Source of the DNA: Nitrososphaerota archaeon
GTDB lineage: Archaea; Thermoproteota; Nitrososphaeria; Nitrososphaerales; Nitrosopumilaceae
Assembly (NCBI GenBank): GCA_016201435.1
Contig: JACQCT010000037.1
Coordinates: forward strand, 14,908-78,907
DNA: 64,000 bases
Reading direction: 5' to 3'
Shown piece after piece: positions 18,289 to 28,637 of the stretch (within the stretch, counting starts at the first letter, position 1; every line of letters starts with the position of its first letter). Both the position numbers and the translations under genes were made by a program. The notes beneath the pieces were generated by a model. The model did no database searches and had not been told where the DNA came from. It saw only the letters and a list, made by a program, of their open reading frames with translations.

Positions 18289-18555
18289 TTATAGCATTCC
18301 TATCTTTGTTGCAAGATCCCTTGCCTTCTCTACAGTTTGGAATTTAACAAATGCCTTTTTACCATAAACTGTTCTACAAACATTTACGCTTACAGGTGTT
18401 TCTTTGTAGAGAATCTTTACTGCTTCCATGATTTTTGGTTTAGTAGAAGTGTCCTTAACTAGAAAACAAATTCTGTTTTCATTTTCAACTAGCGCAAATG
18501 TCTTTTCTGTAACATACGGTTTGAGCACAATGTGATTTGCTTCCTCTATGTTCAT
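18289..18555 (-). CDS. rpl23: 50S ribosomal protein uL23
   Basis: PYVTEK, GKKAFVK, ATKIG. Confidence 0.95.
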   Translation of the reverse strand: MNIEEANHIVLKPYVTEKTFALVENENRICFLVKDTSTKPKIMEAVKILYKETPVSVNVCRTVYGKKAFVKFQTVEKARDLATKIGML

Positions 18556-19367
18556 CTTTTTATCACCATTAGCTCCAAATGTGGAGACTTTATCTTTGAG
18601 AGTTCCTCAATTGCACCCTTTGAAAATACTGTTAATCTGATCGGTTGAGCACCTGGAACTAGATCTAAAACACTCAAGCTATTCACTGCTTTTACATCTA
18701 CACCCAAAAAGGTCCCAGTTGCTTTTGATAGATTCTTAGAATTTTTTACTACAATTAGTATGCTTTTCCCAATCTTGGATTTTCTACCTCGCAACTGAGG
18801 TTTTCCAGAACGACGCTTTAATCTATTTTTTAGTCGATCAATGTCCTGTGTCAAGTTAAGTGCTTCAAAGAATTTTGCAAGTTCCTTTGATTTTGATATA
18901 GATTCAATTTCATCAGAAACAACAATTGGGAATGATTCAAGTTTGTCAATTTTATGACCCCGTGATTTTACTAGTGATTCAGATGCAGTTGCTGCAATTG
19001 CAGAACATAAAGCAAGTTTATTTTCTTTTTTATTTAACATCTTGTAAGTCACTTTTTCTGTTGTGGGAGGATGTGCTTGTCTTCCACCTCTTACCATTGC
19101 AACACCTCCACCTTGACCCTGTCTACCACCACCACCGCCATGCATCCTAGCAACTCTTGCTTGATGATGACCTGTCGGAGGGCTATTTGATTCTGCTACA
19201 ACATTCATACCAGCAAGCGGATAGCGTCCTTGAGTTTGAAACTTATGTGATTCTAAATTTATGTATGCTCTGTGTAAAAGATCTGCTCGCAGTGGTGTAG
19301 AAAAAACAAGTGGCAGATCAATCTCTTCTTGTTTTGAACCATTTATCGAGAATACTTGTATGGTCAA
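18552..19367 (-). CDS. rpl4: 50S ribosomal protein uL4
   Basis: LPLVF, GGRQAHPP, ALCSAIAAT, RLTVFS. Confidence 0.95.
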   Translation of the reverse strand: MTIQVFSINGSKQEEIDLPLVFSTPLRADLLHRAYINLESHKFQTQGRYPLAGMNVVAESNSPPTGHHQARVARMHGGGGGRQGQGGGVAMVRGGRQAHPPTTEKVTYKMLNKKENKLALCSAIAATASESLVKSRGHKIDKLESFPIVVSDEIESISKSKELAKFFEALNLTQDIDRLKNRLKRRSGKPQLRGRKSKIGKSILIVVKNSKNLSKATGTFLGVDVKAVNSLSVLDLVPGAQPIRLTVFSKGAIEELSKIKSPHLELMVIKR

Positions 19368-20356
19368 ATCATTATCTCCAAAACTTTTGGTTGTGTAATC
19401 TTAGAAGTTCTATGGCGCATTGGAGAACGTAGTTTGACCAACCTTCTATAAGTTCCCGGAATTGAACCACGTATTACAACAAAGTCTCCTTCTACTAATC
19501 CAAAATGTTTGAATCCTCCGGCAGGATTAATTTTGAATTCAGAATTTTGTGTGTTACTCATTATCATTATCCTATTGTTGTATTGTGTTCTTTGATGAAA
19601 ACCTCGTTGACCAGCTCTTGGAACAGTATACATGATAGTTGCAGGACTGATCGGACCTAATGTACCAAGCGCTCTTACACTTTTTCTTGATTTGTGTTGC
19701 TTCTTTTTTACACCCCATCTTGTAATTGGTCCTTCAATTCCTTTACCTTTTGTTATGGCTGCAACATCAACATCTGCGCCTTTTTGAAAAACTTGATCAA
19801 CTTTAACTTCTTTACCTAAAAGATCTTTGACAAACGCAAATTGTTTTTGTATATCTCCTCCTTTTACTGCTATCTCAAAAACATATGGTTTTTTTTGATC
19901 AATACCTGCTTGTCCTGGCAGAATTGCGGCAATGGCAAAAATGTCATTAATTCTTCCAAGTGATTTTTCTGCTCGTTCAAGACTTTTTTCATCGGACTTT
20001 GCTGTAAATAGCCTAGGCAGTTCTTTTGGTAAATCTTTTGCATAAACATCAAAAGAAGAATCAATACCGTACCTGTCTTTTGAATACCCTCTAATTCCAA
20101 TTATAACAATTGGCGGTGTGACAACTACGGTTCCAAGGCTAACAAGTTGTTTGCCAAAGTTAGGAGTTTTATCTCGATCATCAATACTTGCTATTCTAAT
20201 ACAACCGGCCTTGAATCCAGCATGTGCCAAGAGTTTTGGTTGATCGCCTTCTTCTTGTGGCCAAGTACGAATTCTTGCTTCCATGCTCTTTGCTCGTCCT
20301 CTTGGAAGATATGCAAGACTTCCTCGCCTTGGCTGACTATGTTTTCTATGTCCCAT
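19364..20356 (-). CDS. rpl3: 50S ribosomal protein uL3
   Basis: PRRGSLAYLPR, GFKAG, TKGKG, PRAGQRGFHQRT, NPAGGFKHFG. Confidence 0.97.
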   Translation of the reverse strand: MGHRKHSQPRRGSLAYLPRGRAKSMEARIRTWPQEEGDQPKLLAHAGFKAGCIRIASIDDRDKTPNFGKQLVSLGTVVVTPPIVIIGIRGYSKDRYGIDSSFDVYAKDLPKELPRLFTAKSDEKSLERAEKSLGRINDIFAIAAILPGQAGIDQKKPYVFEIAVKGGDIQKQFAFVKDLLGKEVKVDQVFQKGADVDVAAITKGKGIEGPITRWGVKKKQHKSRKSVRALGTLGPISPATIMYTVPRAGQRGFHQRTQYNNRIMIMSNTQNSEFKINPAGGFKHFGLVEGDFVVIRGSIPGTYRRLVKLRSPMRHRTSKITQPKVLEIMI

Positions 20357-20445
20357 TGATAAACGCTAAATGTCGTAAACCCCATTATAAGTCTACTATT
20401 TAAAATACCAAATTAAAGTAATTTTTTGCAAAAACGATCTAGAAA

Positions 20446-20547
20446 TTACAAACGCGAAATCATAATCACAATAACAATTCCACCTATTACAACACCAGCT
20501 AAACCAGCAATGATTACAAAAAGTAATATGCGTTTTTGTTTAGACAA
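20446..20547 (-). CDS. 33-aa single-TM microprotein (not in ORF track)
   Basis: TTG start; MSKQKRILLFVIIAGLAGVVIGGIVIVIMISRL*; co-oriented with neighbours. Confidence 0.55.
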   Translation of the reverse strand: MSKQKRILLFVIIAGLAGVVIGGIVIVIMISRL

Positions 20548-20578
20548 TAAAAAATTATTCTATAAAACAATAATAAAC

Positions 20579-21394
20579 TTACTTGTGAGTAAGAACATTC
20601 AAGATCGCCAAAGTCCCAATTATTGCTTCTTCTAGTCGTACAGTTTCAGTAGCTTGTTCAGGAAAGAAATTAAAATTCTGTGATTTTGGTATTTCTTTTA
20701 TCGATACTCCAAGAATTTCATGTATTCCTCGTTCAGGAGTACCAAAAACAACTAGAACTGGGTTATTTGAAATTTCGTCAAAATAATTTTGCGTTTTATG
20801 TATGGGTTTACCTTTTCTTGAAGTTAATATCACATTAGAATTCCATCCAGAAAGAAGTGCACGTAAATTTGCACTTTCTTTCACCTCATATCCCCAATAT
20901 TGTTTAATTTCGCTTCTAGAGATTTGCTTTGCCAAGAGTTCTGGATATCCAGTCTTAAATTGCATTGTAACTCTTTTTCCTACTTCATCATGTCCAGAAT
21001 ACAAAATAAGTTGTTCAAGTCCTACATCAACAGATTTTTTACCCCTCGCAAAAACAATCATTCCTTCTCTTATGTCTCCAGCTTTGACTTGCCGAGAATC
21101 TGACGTGTAAGAATGATGTGGAATTTTTAATGGACTTAAGCTTCCAGCAAACCGTAGTTCTGAAATTCTTTGGAAAAGTCCTCTTCTAAGATATTGTGGT
21201 GTTTCAAGATATTTTAAAATGGTGCGTATTAATGACCTATCGCTATCACTTCCAGAGCTTTCATGATATATGTAAATAGTCTGTACACGAAAAATTGCAC
21301 ATGCTCTAGCAATTAAAGAGATTTTCGTAGATTTACCAAGATTTGTTGACTCGTCACTCACTGAAGAATCCGGAATTGCAATCGAAAGTTTCAA
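20579..21394 (-). CDS. SPOUT-family RNA methyltransferase (DUF171/SPOUT1-like)
   Basis: LSIAIPDS, IARACAIF, YLETPQYLR, TVRLEEA; typically upstream of archaeal rpl3. Confidence 0.9.
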   Translation of the reverse strand: MKLSIAIPDSSVSDESTNLGKSTKISLIARACAIFRVQTIYIYHESSGSDSDRSLIRTILKYLETPQYLRRGLFQRISELRFAGSLSPLKIPHHSYTSDSRQVKAGDIREGMIVFARGKKSVDVGLEQLILYSGHDEVGKRVTMQFKTGYPELLAKQISRSEIKQYWGYEVKESANLRALLSGWNSNVILTSRKGKPIHKTQNYFDEISNNPVLVVFGTPERGIHEILGVSIKEIPKSQNFNFFPEQATETVRLEEAIIGTLAILNVLTHK

Positions 21395-21433
21395 TAAATT
21401 AAAATTCTCTGTTGCGTTATAAAATAGTAGAGA

Positions 21434-22183
21434 TTATTTTTGTCGTTTAACTGCGGAATCTTTTGCCTTTACAGCATATTTTTCAATATCTTTTTCTAAG
21501 GTTTTTGTTAGAACTTTTGTGTCGTTTAGTATTTGTGCCATTTTAACATGTTTTGTACCCTCTTTTTCTTCGCTTACAAGATATATTGATTCGATAGCAA
21601 GTTCTGCTGCTTCTTCTAATGACATGTCTTTTTTGTAATACTTTTCCAAGTATTCTGTTACCTGATCTGAGCCAGAACCAATAGCAACTGCATCATATGA
21701 GATGTATGTACCACTTGGATCAGTCAGAAATACTGAACTTCCACTCTTATCTATACCAGCAATAATCAATGCTACGCCAAAAGGTCTAACTCCGGCATAT
21801 TGAGTGAATTGTTGACATTGGTCTGCAAGGTGTTTTGCGACTGATTCTACCTCTATTGGTTCATCGTAAATCATTCTGTTTGATTGTGAAAAAAATCTTG
21901 CATTATCAACTTGTGACCTAGCATCAGGAATGTATCCTGCGGCAGCAACTCCAATATGATCATCTACTTGAAATATCTTTTGCGTGATTTCTGAATTTTG
22001 TAATTTTCTTGGTTTTTCTTCAACTGCAAGAATTATTCCATCTTTACACTTTATCCCAATTGCAAGTGTTCCACGTCTTACTGTTTCAATTGCATATTCC
22101 ACTTGGTAAAGTCTTCCATCTGGTGAAAAAACAGTAATTGCTCTATCATAACCTGCAGCTGCTGGTAACATTTCAATTCTCAT
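21434..22183 (-). CDS. psmA: Proteasome alpha subunit (start may be 22171)
   Basis: GYDRAITVFSPDGRLYQVEYA, RPFGVAL, TDPSG. Confidence 0.97.
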   Translation of the reverse strand: MRIEMLPAAAGYDRAITVFSPDGRLYQVEYAIETVRRGTLAIGIKCKDGIILAVEEKPRKLQNSEITQKIFQVDDHIGVAAAGYIPDARSQVDNARFFSQSNRMIYDEPIEVESVAKHLADQCQQFTQYAGVRPFGVALIIAGIDKSGSSVFLTDPSGTYISYDAVAIGSGSDQVTEYLEKYYKKDMSLEEAAELAIESIYLVSEEKEGTKHVKMAQILNDTKVLTKTLEKDIEKYAVKAKDSAVKRQK

Positions 22184-22224
22184 ACCTTTGAAGGTTTAAT
22201 TTAAGTCTATACAGATATGCGATC

Positions 22225-22641
22225 ATGCATTTTGAGATCTCGTTTAACGGTCACAAAAATATTAGATCACTTCATCCAAAAACAATTGAGATAACAACAG
22301 AACCAAATCTTACATTAAATGGAGATTGTATTATTGGAGTTGAAGCATCTTGTGGTTGTAATGACATACCAGAGCAAATGAAAAATCTTATGCGAAATTC
22401 TAAATCAGAAATTTTATTTACAATATCAGTAGATGATGTTTCCTTTAAAGTCAAAGGTAATGGTCATGAAAATTTAATTTTAACAAATCCTCATGATATT
22501 GTAATTAGGAAAAGCTCCTTTATCTGTCCACGAACATTGGCAATTCATTGTGACTTGGCTTCAGATTCCATTCCTCGTCAAATGATCAAGATTCTACAGA
22601 ATCCAGATTCAAAAGGAGTTTTTTCTATTGACATAAACTAG
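22225..22641 (+). CDS. DUF371 family protein
   Basis: GHKNIRSLHPKTIEIT, GDCIIGV, DIVIRKS.FICPRT. Confidence 0.88.
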   Translation: MHFEISFNGHKNIRSLHPKTIEITTEPNLTLNGDCIIGVEASCGCNDIPEQMKNLMRNSKSEILFTISVDDVSFKVKGNGHENLILTNPHDIVIRKSSFICPRTLAIHCDLASDSIPRQMIKILQNPDSKGVFSIDIN

Positions 22642-22647
22642 AATAAT

Positions 22648-23190
22648 CTACTTTTTTTGTAATAGGTTATAACTGTGATTTTCTAAGACTTTTGTTAGTG
22701 CCCTATTTACTATTTCTATCAAGAGATATTGATCATAGTTTTGTTCTGCACTAGTACGTTTTTCGGTATTTTTCTTTTTTGATTTTGACATATTATTTTG
22801 AACGATATTTTTTATCATCTTTTGCATCGTTATTGATGCATTGGTTATTGTTTTAGAATAATCAGAATCAAAGTTTGGAGGTACGTCATATCCTAGAAGC
22901 TTAATTGACGTTCCATAAAATTTCAATACTGCGCCTCTAATTTCTTCCATTTTTACAATTTCCACAAGACCTGCCCGTTTTAAAACATCCAGATGATGCC
23001 TAATTGTAGTTGTAGCTTTATTGTAACCGGTTTTGTGTAATTCTTCTACGATTTGTTCCGCTGAAAATTGTTTATGATATAGGATTTGTAGGATCTTAAT
23101 TCTTGCACGGTCATCTAGTGCTTTTGCCTGTTCTACGTTAGTTGTAACGATTCGATTTATTTTGATCTCTTTTTGGAGTAGAGTGGACAT
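22648..23190 (-). CDS. ArsR-like winged-helix transcription regulator
   Basis: KALDDRARIKIL...TTIRHHLDVLKRAGLV...KFY. Confidence 0.88.
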   Translation of the reverse strand: MSTLLQKEIKINRIVTTNVEQAKALDDRARIKILQILYHKQFSAEQIVEELHKTGYNKATTTIRHHLDVLKRAGLVEIVKMEEIRGAVLKFYGTSIKLLGYDVPPNFDSDYSKTITNASITMQKMIKNIVQNNMSKSKKKNTEKRTSAEQNYDQYLLIEIVNRALTKVLENHSYNLLQKK

Positions 23191-23309
23191 TTCCTCCTTT
23201 GAATTATAATTATTACTAAAAGATCACAGTATCACATTTTGTTAGCCAATACGTTACTTTTTTTTATGCTACTAAAAATATAATTAAGGTTTTTAAAAAA
23301 GTATACTTC

Positions 23310-23326
23310 TACTATTAATAATAGTA
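23310..23326. promoter_or_regulatory. Palindromic operator candidate TACTATT-aat-AATAGTA
   Basis: Perfect 7-bp inverted repeat among several TACTA/TAGTA words upstream of the ArsR gene. Confidence 0.4.
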
Positions 23327-23506
23327 CATACTAATTAAAATACTATCATAATCATCAATATGATACTATTCTCATACATATAGTAGCATTATAAAAAACC
23401 CGTAAAATTTTGTAAAAAATAACATTTGGGAAAATTATGGCCAATATGATACTCCCCGATGAGCAAAATAAGAAATTTTAAGGTTCGCTCAAAGTTAAAA
23501 TTCGAG

Positions 23507-24334
23507 TCAAAGTGAGTGACCAGTAATACGTTCATACGCAGCTATGTATCTAGAAGACATTTCGTGTGATAGTTCTGACGGCAATTCTGGTGCTATTGGT
23601 TCTATACCTACATTTCTGTCATCATCAAACTTTTTTTGATAACCACGTGCCGCCAGCCAATCACGTAAGAGTTGTTTATCAAAACTTTCTTGTGTTTTAC
23701 CTATCTGATATGCATCCTTTGGCCACATCCTATATTCATCTGGACCAATGGAATCACCTAACAATATAGTATTAGACGATTTCCCAAATTCTAATTTCAA
23801 ATCAGCTAAGATGAATCCAGCTTTTTCTGCTATTTTAGACATGTTTTTGTAAATATCAACAGATGTTTCTTCCAACCAATCATAATCTTTTGAGCTGACA
23901 AGACCCCTATCCAAAGCCATACTTTTGGTAATTGGAAGATCGTGTGTTTCCGATTTTGTCGTAGGATCAAACACAGGTTCTGTCATCTTTGCTGCAATTC
24001 TAGTATCAGTATTTTTTGGGATTGTGACTTGGCCTGCCTTCCATCTCTGAATTAGACTCCCATAGAAATACCCTCTAACAACACATTCTATTGGAATCAT
24101 TTTCATTTTTTTTACAACCATTTTGTCTTTTGTTTCCGTTTTTACATAGTGATTTGGCGTTTGAATTTTTTTAAACCAGAATTCAGCAAATTTGCAAAGA
24201 ACTTCTCCTTTTCTCGGAATTGGAGTAGGAAACTTTACATCAAATGCAGAAACCCTATCACTAAAATGGAAAAGTAAATTTCCATCATCCAATTCATAAA
24301 TGTCTTTTACCTTACCTGAACGAAGGAACTTCAA
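23507..24334 (-). CDS. purC: SAICAR synthetase
   Basis: SGKVKDIY, SDRVSAFD, PIECVVRGY, DLKLEFG, SFDKQ. Confidence 0.96.
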   Translation of the reverse strand: MKFLRSGKVKDIYELDDGNLLFHFSDRVSAFDVKFPTPIPRKGEVLCKFAEFWFKKIQTPNHYVKTETKDKMVVKKMKMIPIECVVRGYFYGSLIQRWKAGQVTIPKNTDTRIAAKMTEPVFDPTTKSETHDLPITKSMALDRGLVSSKDYDWLEETSVDIYKNMSKIAEKAGFILADLKLEFGKSSNTILLGDSIGPDEYRMWPKDAYQIGKTQESFDKQLLRDWLAARGYQKKFDDDRNVGIEPIAPELPSELSHEMSSRYIAAYERITGHSL

Positions 24335-24385
24335 ACACGCGTCGTTGATCAGCGTTAGATTTAAACTGATATAAAATATGTTCTG

Positions 24386-24763
24386 CTAGGAACCCATCAT
24401 GCCTGGCATGTTTATTGGGGTTCTATATGGTTTAGTAACGTGAACTCCCTGATCTGTTGTTACAGTAACTTCCTGAAGATCACTTCCAGCAGATGGTGAA
24501 AGTATTACTTTTTCTCCAGGTTTTAACATAGGAATAATATCAGGGTTACTACTTCCCCCGTAGTAGACTGTAACATTAGTAAGAGGTTCTTTTCCTACAT
24601 TTTGAACTGTTACATGGGTATCAGTAACCAGTGATTGCTTATCCTTGAATGGATCTAAAAATACAGCATATTCCTCAGTAGGTCCTTGCATAATTAACAT
24701 GATTACAACTATTGATACAGTAGCAACTCCACCACATATTGCTGTAAGGAAACTTTTTCTCAC
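24386..24763 (-). CDS. Membrane-anchored Ig-like hypothetical protein
   Basis: N-terminal TM helix; VQNVGKEPLTNVTV...LKPGE (CARDB-like). Confidence 0.7.
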   Translation of the reverse strand: MRKSFLTAICGGVATVSIVVIMLIMQGPTEEYAVFLDPFKDKQSLVTDTHVTVQNVGKEPLTNVTVYYGGSSNPDIIPMLKPGEKVILSPSAGSDLQEVTVTTDQGVHVTKPYRTPINMPGMMGS

Positions 24764-24795
24764 AAAATAAAATAATTTATGGTTAATTATAAAGT

Positions 24796-25041
24796 CTATT
24801 TGTCGCCTTGACTAGGTATGACAGAAAGAGTAGTGGTAGATAGAACGTTGCTGACTTTACGAATCTTTTTAGTGATTATTAATTCAATCTCATTTCTTGT
24901 TGGAACTTGAACTTTCACAAATATATCATATTGACCATAAGTTCCAAGAATCTCTTTTACACCATCTATTTTTAAAATATCATTCATAACATCTACCTCG
25001 TGTCCCATTTTGGCCTTTACTAAGACATATGCTAATTCCAA
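24796..25041 (-). CDS. Stand-alone Lrp/AsnC ligand-binding (RAM) domain protein
   Basis: AYVLV...YGQYDIFVKV...IRKV..V.STTTL. Confidence 0.88.
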   Translation of the reverse strand: MELAYVLVKAKMGHEVDVMNDILKIDGVKEILGTYGQYDIFVKVQVPTRNEIELIITKKIRKVSNVLSTTTLSVIPSQGDK

Positions 25042-25042
25042 T

Positions 25043-26479
25043 TTATTCTCCTTTAATTTCAGCTCTACTCTTAAAGACAGGTTTTATTCCAAGCGGAGAA
25101 TAGTCTCCAGTAGAACACGTAAAACACATTGAATCAACATCGAGTCCAATCGCATCCGCCAAATTCTTTGCGTCATTGTATCCCAAAAAATCTGCACCAA
25201 CAACTTGTCGCACTTTTTCTATCATTGCTTCTTCAGAATATCCTTCATTATTATCAAAAAACGTCACAAGTTCTTCTTGTGAAGGAAAATCAATTCCAGC
25301 ATAACATGGAAATTTTATTGGTGGAAATGTTATTACCATACTAATTTTTTTTGCGCCTGCGCGTCGCAGAGCTTTTATGATTGCCTTTGAGCTTGTTCCT
25401 CTTACAAGACTGTCATCAACTACAACTACGTGTTTGCCATCAATAACTTGGGTAATTGGTATTATCCAACGGTTTATTTCGACTCTGTCACTCTGATGCG
25501 GTTCAATAAAACTTCGTAATGGTCCTTTTCTACTGTACCTATCTTTTAACAAACCTTCTTCAAATTGAATTCCCAATTCCTGAGCATATCCTAGTGCAGC
25601 AGGTCTTGCCGAATCAGGCACCGGAATTACTATATCTGCGTCTTTAATTGGAAACTTTCTTGCAAGATACTGCCCAATTTTTTTTCTTACCATGTAAATA
25701 TTAGAACCTTCCATAACGCTAGAAGGATGTGCAAAATAGGTGAACTCAAACGAACAGTGAGCCGATTTTTTTTCTTCAGAAAACATTTCTGATTCTAAAC
25801 CAGCATTACTAATTTTTATCAGCTCACCTGGCTTTACATCACGAATCAGTTGTGCACCAACTGCTGCAAGTGCAGCAGATTCTGAGGCTACAATATACGT
25901 ATTAGTATCTTTTCGAAAACCAACAACCATTGGTCTAAACCCTTTTGGATCACGAGCTGCATACACAGCATTATCATCAGATACGAAAGTAAAACAAAAT
26001 GAACCTACCATCTCATTTTTTAAAATTGAGAGTGCATTGCCAAGCTTACCGTTATCTGACATGAGCGAAACCAATCGCTTTGCTGCAATCAATGTATCAC
26101 TAGCATTTTGTGGTGTAAAAGTACATCCTCCTACCATTCCTGATAATTCTTCAACATTAGATATGGTCCCATTATGTGCAATACAAAGATCTTTTACCTT
26201 TAATGGTTGAGCGTTTTCCAAGTTACTTCCTCCCATAGTAGAATATCTTACATGACCAATTGCGGCAGGTGACGCATATTCTCTTGTAACTTTGTCAAAT
26301 TCTGAAACTGCTGAGGATACCAATCCAAGTTGTTTGTATGGTTGTTTTTTTGGAACAGCTACTCCCCATGCTTCTTGTCCTCTGTGCTGAAGCGCCCTTA
26401 GGGAATCAATTATCATTGGGATAACATTCACACCATCTAGACTAAAGATGCCTACAACCCCACAGTTTTCCTTAACCAT
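25043..26479 (-). CDS. purF: Amidophosphoribosyltransferase
   Basis: CGVVG, LQHRGQ, IGHVRYST, HNG, VVVVDDSLVRGT, Fe-S Cys. Confidence 0.97.
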   Translation of the reverse strand: MVKENCGVVGIFSLDGVNVIPMIIDSLRALQHRGQEAWGVAVPKKQPYKQLGLVSSAVSEFDKVTREYASPAAIGHVRYSTMGGSNLENAQPLKVKDLCIAHNGTISNVEELSGMVGGCTFTPQNASDTLIAAKRLVSLMSDNGKLGNALSILKNEMVGSFCFTFVSDDNAVYAARDPKGFRPMVVGFRKDTNTYIVASESAALAAVGAQLIRDVKPGELIKISNAGLESEMFSEEKKSAHCSFEFTYFAHPSSVMEGSNIYMVRKKIGQYLARKFPIKDADIVIPVPDSARPAALGYAQELGIQFEEGLLKDRYSRKGPLRSFIEPHQSDRVEINRWIIPITQVIDGKHVVVVDDSLVRGTSSKAIIKALRRAGAKKISMVITFPPIKFPCYAGIDFPSQEELVTFFDNNEGYSEEAMIEKVRQVVGADFLGYNDAKNLADAIGLDVDSMCFTCSTGDYSPLGIKPVFKSRAEIKGE

Positions 26480-28637
26480 GAGTAACTAACACCTCCAACG
26501 CGTTTAACCATTTGTCTCGTGCCTTATCAATCCTTAGATTTGTAATCGTTTTTGTTTTGTTTCTAAATATTATACCAGAACCAGAAAATTTACCAATGAA
26601 TGCAAATGATACATTTTTTTGTTTTAACAGAGATTTTATTTTATCAGAATTCTTTTGATCTATAACTAATAGATAACGGGAGTGAGATTCAGAAAATAGA
26701 ATCTCGTCAGGCTTTAGTTTTTGTCCAGGTATTTTATCTATTGATATAGAACAACCAATATTATTTGTAATGCATAGTTCAGATACCGCTACTGCAAGAC
26801 CGCCTTTTGAACAATCATGCACTAAATTTACCAGTTCCTGATTTATCAATTCTAATACGGTTTGTTGATTTAGTTTGGAAGATTTCATGTCTACTGTTGG
26901 AGATGTTCCACCAATTATATCGTGTATATATTCATAATATTCAGAGCCGCCAAGTTCATCTTTTGTTTCTCCTACAATAACAAGTAAGTTGTTATTTGTA
27001 ATTTTTTGTGCAAATAATGGTTTTTTATCTATCAAGCCAAGAACCCCAATCAAGGGGGTTGGTTTTATTGGACCATTGTCTGTTTCATTGTAAAAACTAA
27101 CTTTTCCTCCAACACATGGAATTTCAAAATATTTTGCAAGTTCAGATATTCCTTCCAGTGATTCTTTAAACGCCCAAAAAATTTCAGGATCTTCTGGATT
27201 TCCAAACTGTAAATGATCAACCATACCAATTGGTGTGGCCCCAGTACAAACAACATTCCTACATGCTTCTTCAAAGCATCCTATGGCACCTTGACGAGGA
27301 TTAATGTAGCATTGTTTTGAATTACCGTCAATCTTTACAGACAAAAATTTACCATTATCCAATCTGAGAACAGATGCATCATGTCCTGGTTTTATTACAG
27401 TTCTTATTCCAACCTCATGATCATATTGCCCATACACCCAGATCTTGCTTGCAATGTTAGGATTTGCGAGCATTTGAAGTAGAATTCCAGTTAGATCTTT
27501 TGGGGTATTTGGTTTTCTTATCTCTTCAATTTTTTTTAGGTATTTTGGTTTTGATGCAGGTCTGTCTAAAAGTGGAGCATTTGCAATTATACTACTAGGT
27601 AGATTTGCGATTGTGTTTGTCTCAACTCTGACTTGCATCATTCTATCTTCTTTTACTTTACCAATAACAGAGTATGGAACTCTGTATTTTTCACATATTT
27701 TTTTTAATATTGGAAGCTTTTGTCTATCCGTTATGACAAGCATTCTTTCTTGCGATTCTGAAACCATTAATTCTGTTGGGGACATACTAGCCTCTCTTTT
27801 GTGAATACGTGCGACATCCATCTCTATCCCAACAGAAAGTGCGTCTGCGGTTTCTGAAATAGCACAAGAAAGACCTCCACCGCCCAGATCCTTCATTGCT
27901 TTTATGCAGTGTTGATCTCTTGCTTCGAGTATTGCTTCTATAACCAATTTTTCTATAAATGGATCTGGGATTTGAACAGCGGAGCGGTTTTCTGACTCTA
28001 GTTTATCTGATGCAAATTGTGAACCACCCATTCCATCGCGTCCAGTAGAACCTCCAATTAAAACAACAAAGTCGTCTTTATCGGCTCTATTTTTTATGAG
28101 TTTATCTTTTTTACCAAATCCAATAGCTGCTACATCAACCAATGCATAGTTTGTGAAACATTTATCAAATTCAATTTCACCTCCAATTGTTGGAATTCCA
28201 AGACAGTTACCATAGTCTGCAATTCCACGCACTGCATTTTTAAAAAGCCATCTTGCGTGAGAATCTTTTTCAACATCACCAAATCGTAGACCGTCAAGTA
28301 TTGCAATTGGTCTTGTTCCTGCAGATAAAATATCACGGATAACACCACCTACACCCGTAGCCGCACCACCGTATGGTTCAACAGCCGAAGGATGATTGTG
28401 ACTTTCAATATGTATTGTTACAACATATCCATCGCCAACATCTAGAACTCCAGAGTCATAACCAGGACCAGATATTACTCTGCTTCCCTCTCTAGGCAAT
28501 AGTTTCAAATGTTTTTTTGAGGATTTGTATGAACAGTGTTCTGACCATTCTGCTGCAACTATCTGTAGTTCCACAGGACTGGGTTTGCGACCAATTTTCT
28601 TTTCAAGAAAAGCATGTTCTTGTGGAGTAAGACTCAT
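26472..28637 (-). CDS. purL: FGAM synthase subunit PurL
   Basis: WSEHCSYKSS, ESHNHPS, DLGGGG, SESQERM, HDCSKGG. Confidence 0.97.
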   Translation of the reverse strand: MSLTPQEHAFLEKKIGRKPSPVELQIVAAEWSEHCSYKSSKKHLKLLPREGSRVISGPGYDSGVLDVGDGYVVTIHIESHNHPSAVEPYGGAATGVGGVIRDILSAGTRPIAILDGLRFGDVEKDSHARWLFKNAVRGIADYGNCLGIPTIGGEIEFDKCFTNYALVDVAAIGFGKKDKLIKNRADKDDFVVLIGGSTGRDGMGGSQFASDKLESENRSAVQIPDPFIEKLVIEAILEARDQHCIKAMKDLGGGGLSCAISETADALSVGIEMDVARIHKREASMSPTELMVSESQERMLVITDRQKLPILKKICEKYRVPYSVIGKVKEDRMMQVRVETNTIANLPSSIIANAPLLDRPASKPKYLKKIEEIRKPNTPKDLTGILLQMLANPNIASKIWVYGQYDHEVGIRTVIKPGHDASVLRLDNGKFLSVKIDGNSKQCYINPRQGAIGCFEEACRNVVCTGATPIGMVDHLQFGNPEDPEIFWAFKESLEGISELAKYFEIPCVGGKVSFYNETDNGPIKPTPLIGVLGLIDKKPLFAQKITNNNLLVIVGETKDELGGSEYYEYIHDIIGGTSPTVDMKSSKLNQQTVLELINQELVNLVHDCSKGGLAVAVSELCITNNIGCSISIDKIPGQKLKPDEILFSESHSRYLLVIDQKNSDKIKSLLKQKNVSFAFIGKFSGSGIIFRNKTKTITNLRIDKARDKWLNALEVLVTHG

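Noticed and set aside
20426..20635. 69-aa + strand ORF
   Set aside because: Antisense shadow of the 33-aa TM peptide and the SPOUT gene end.
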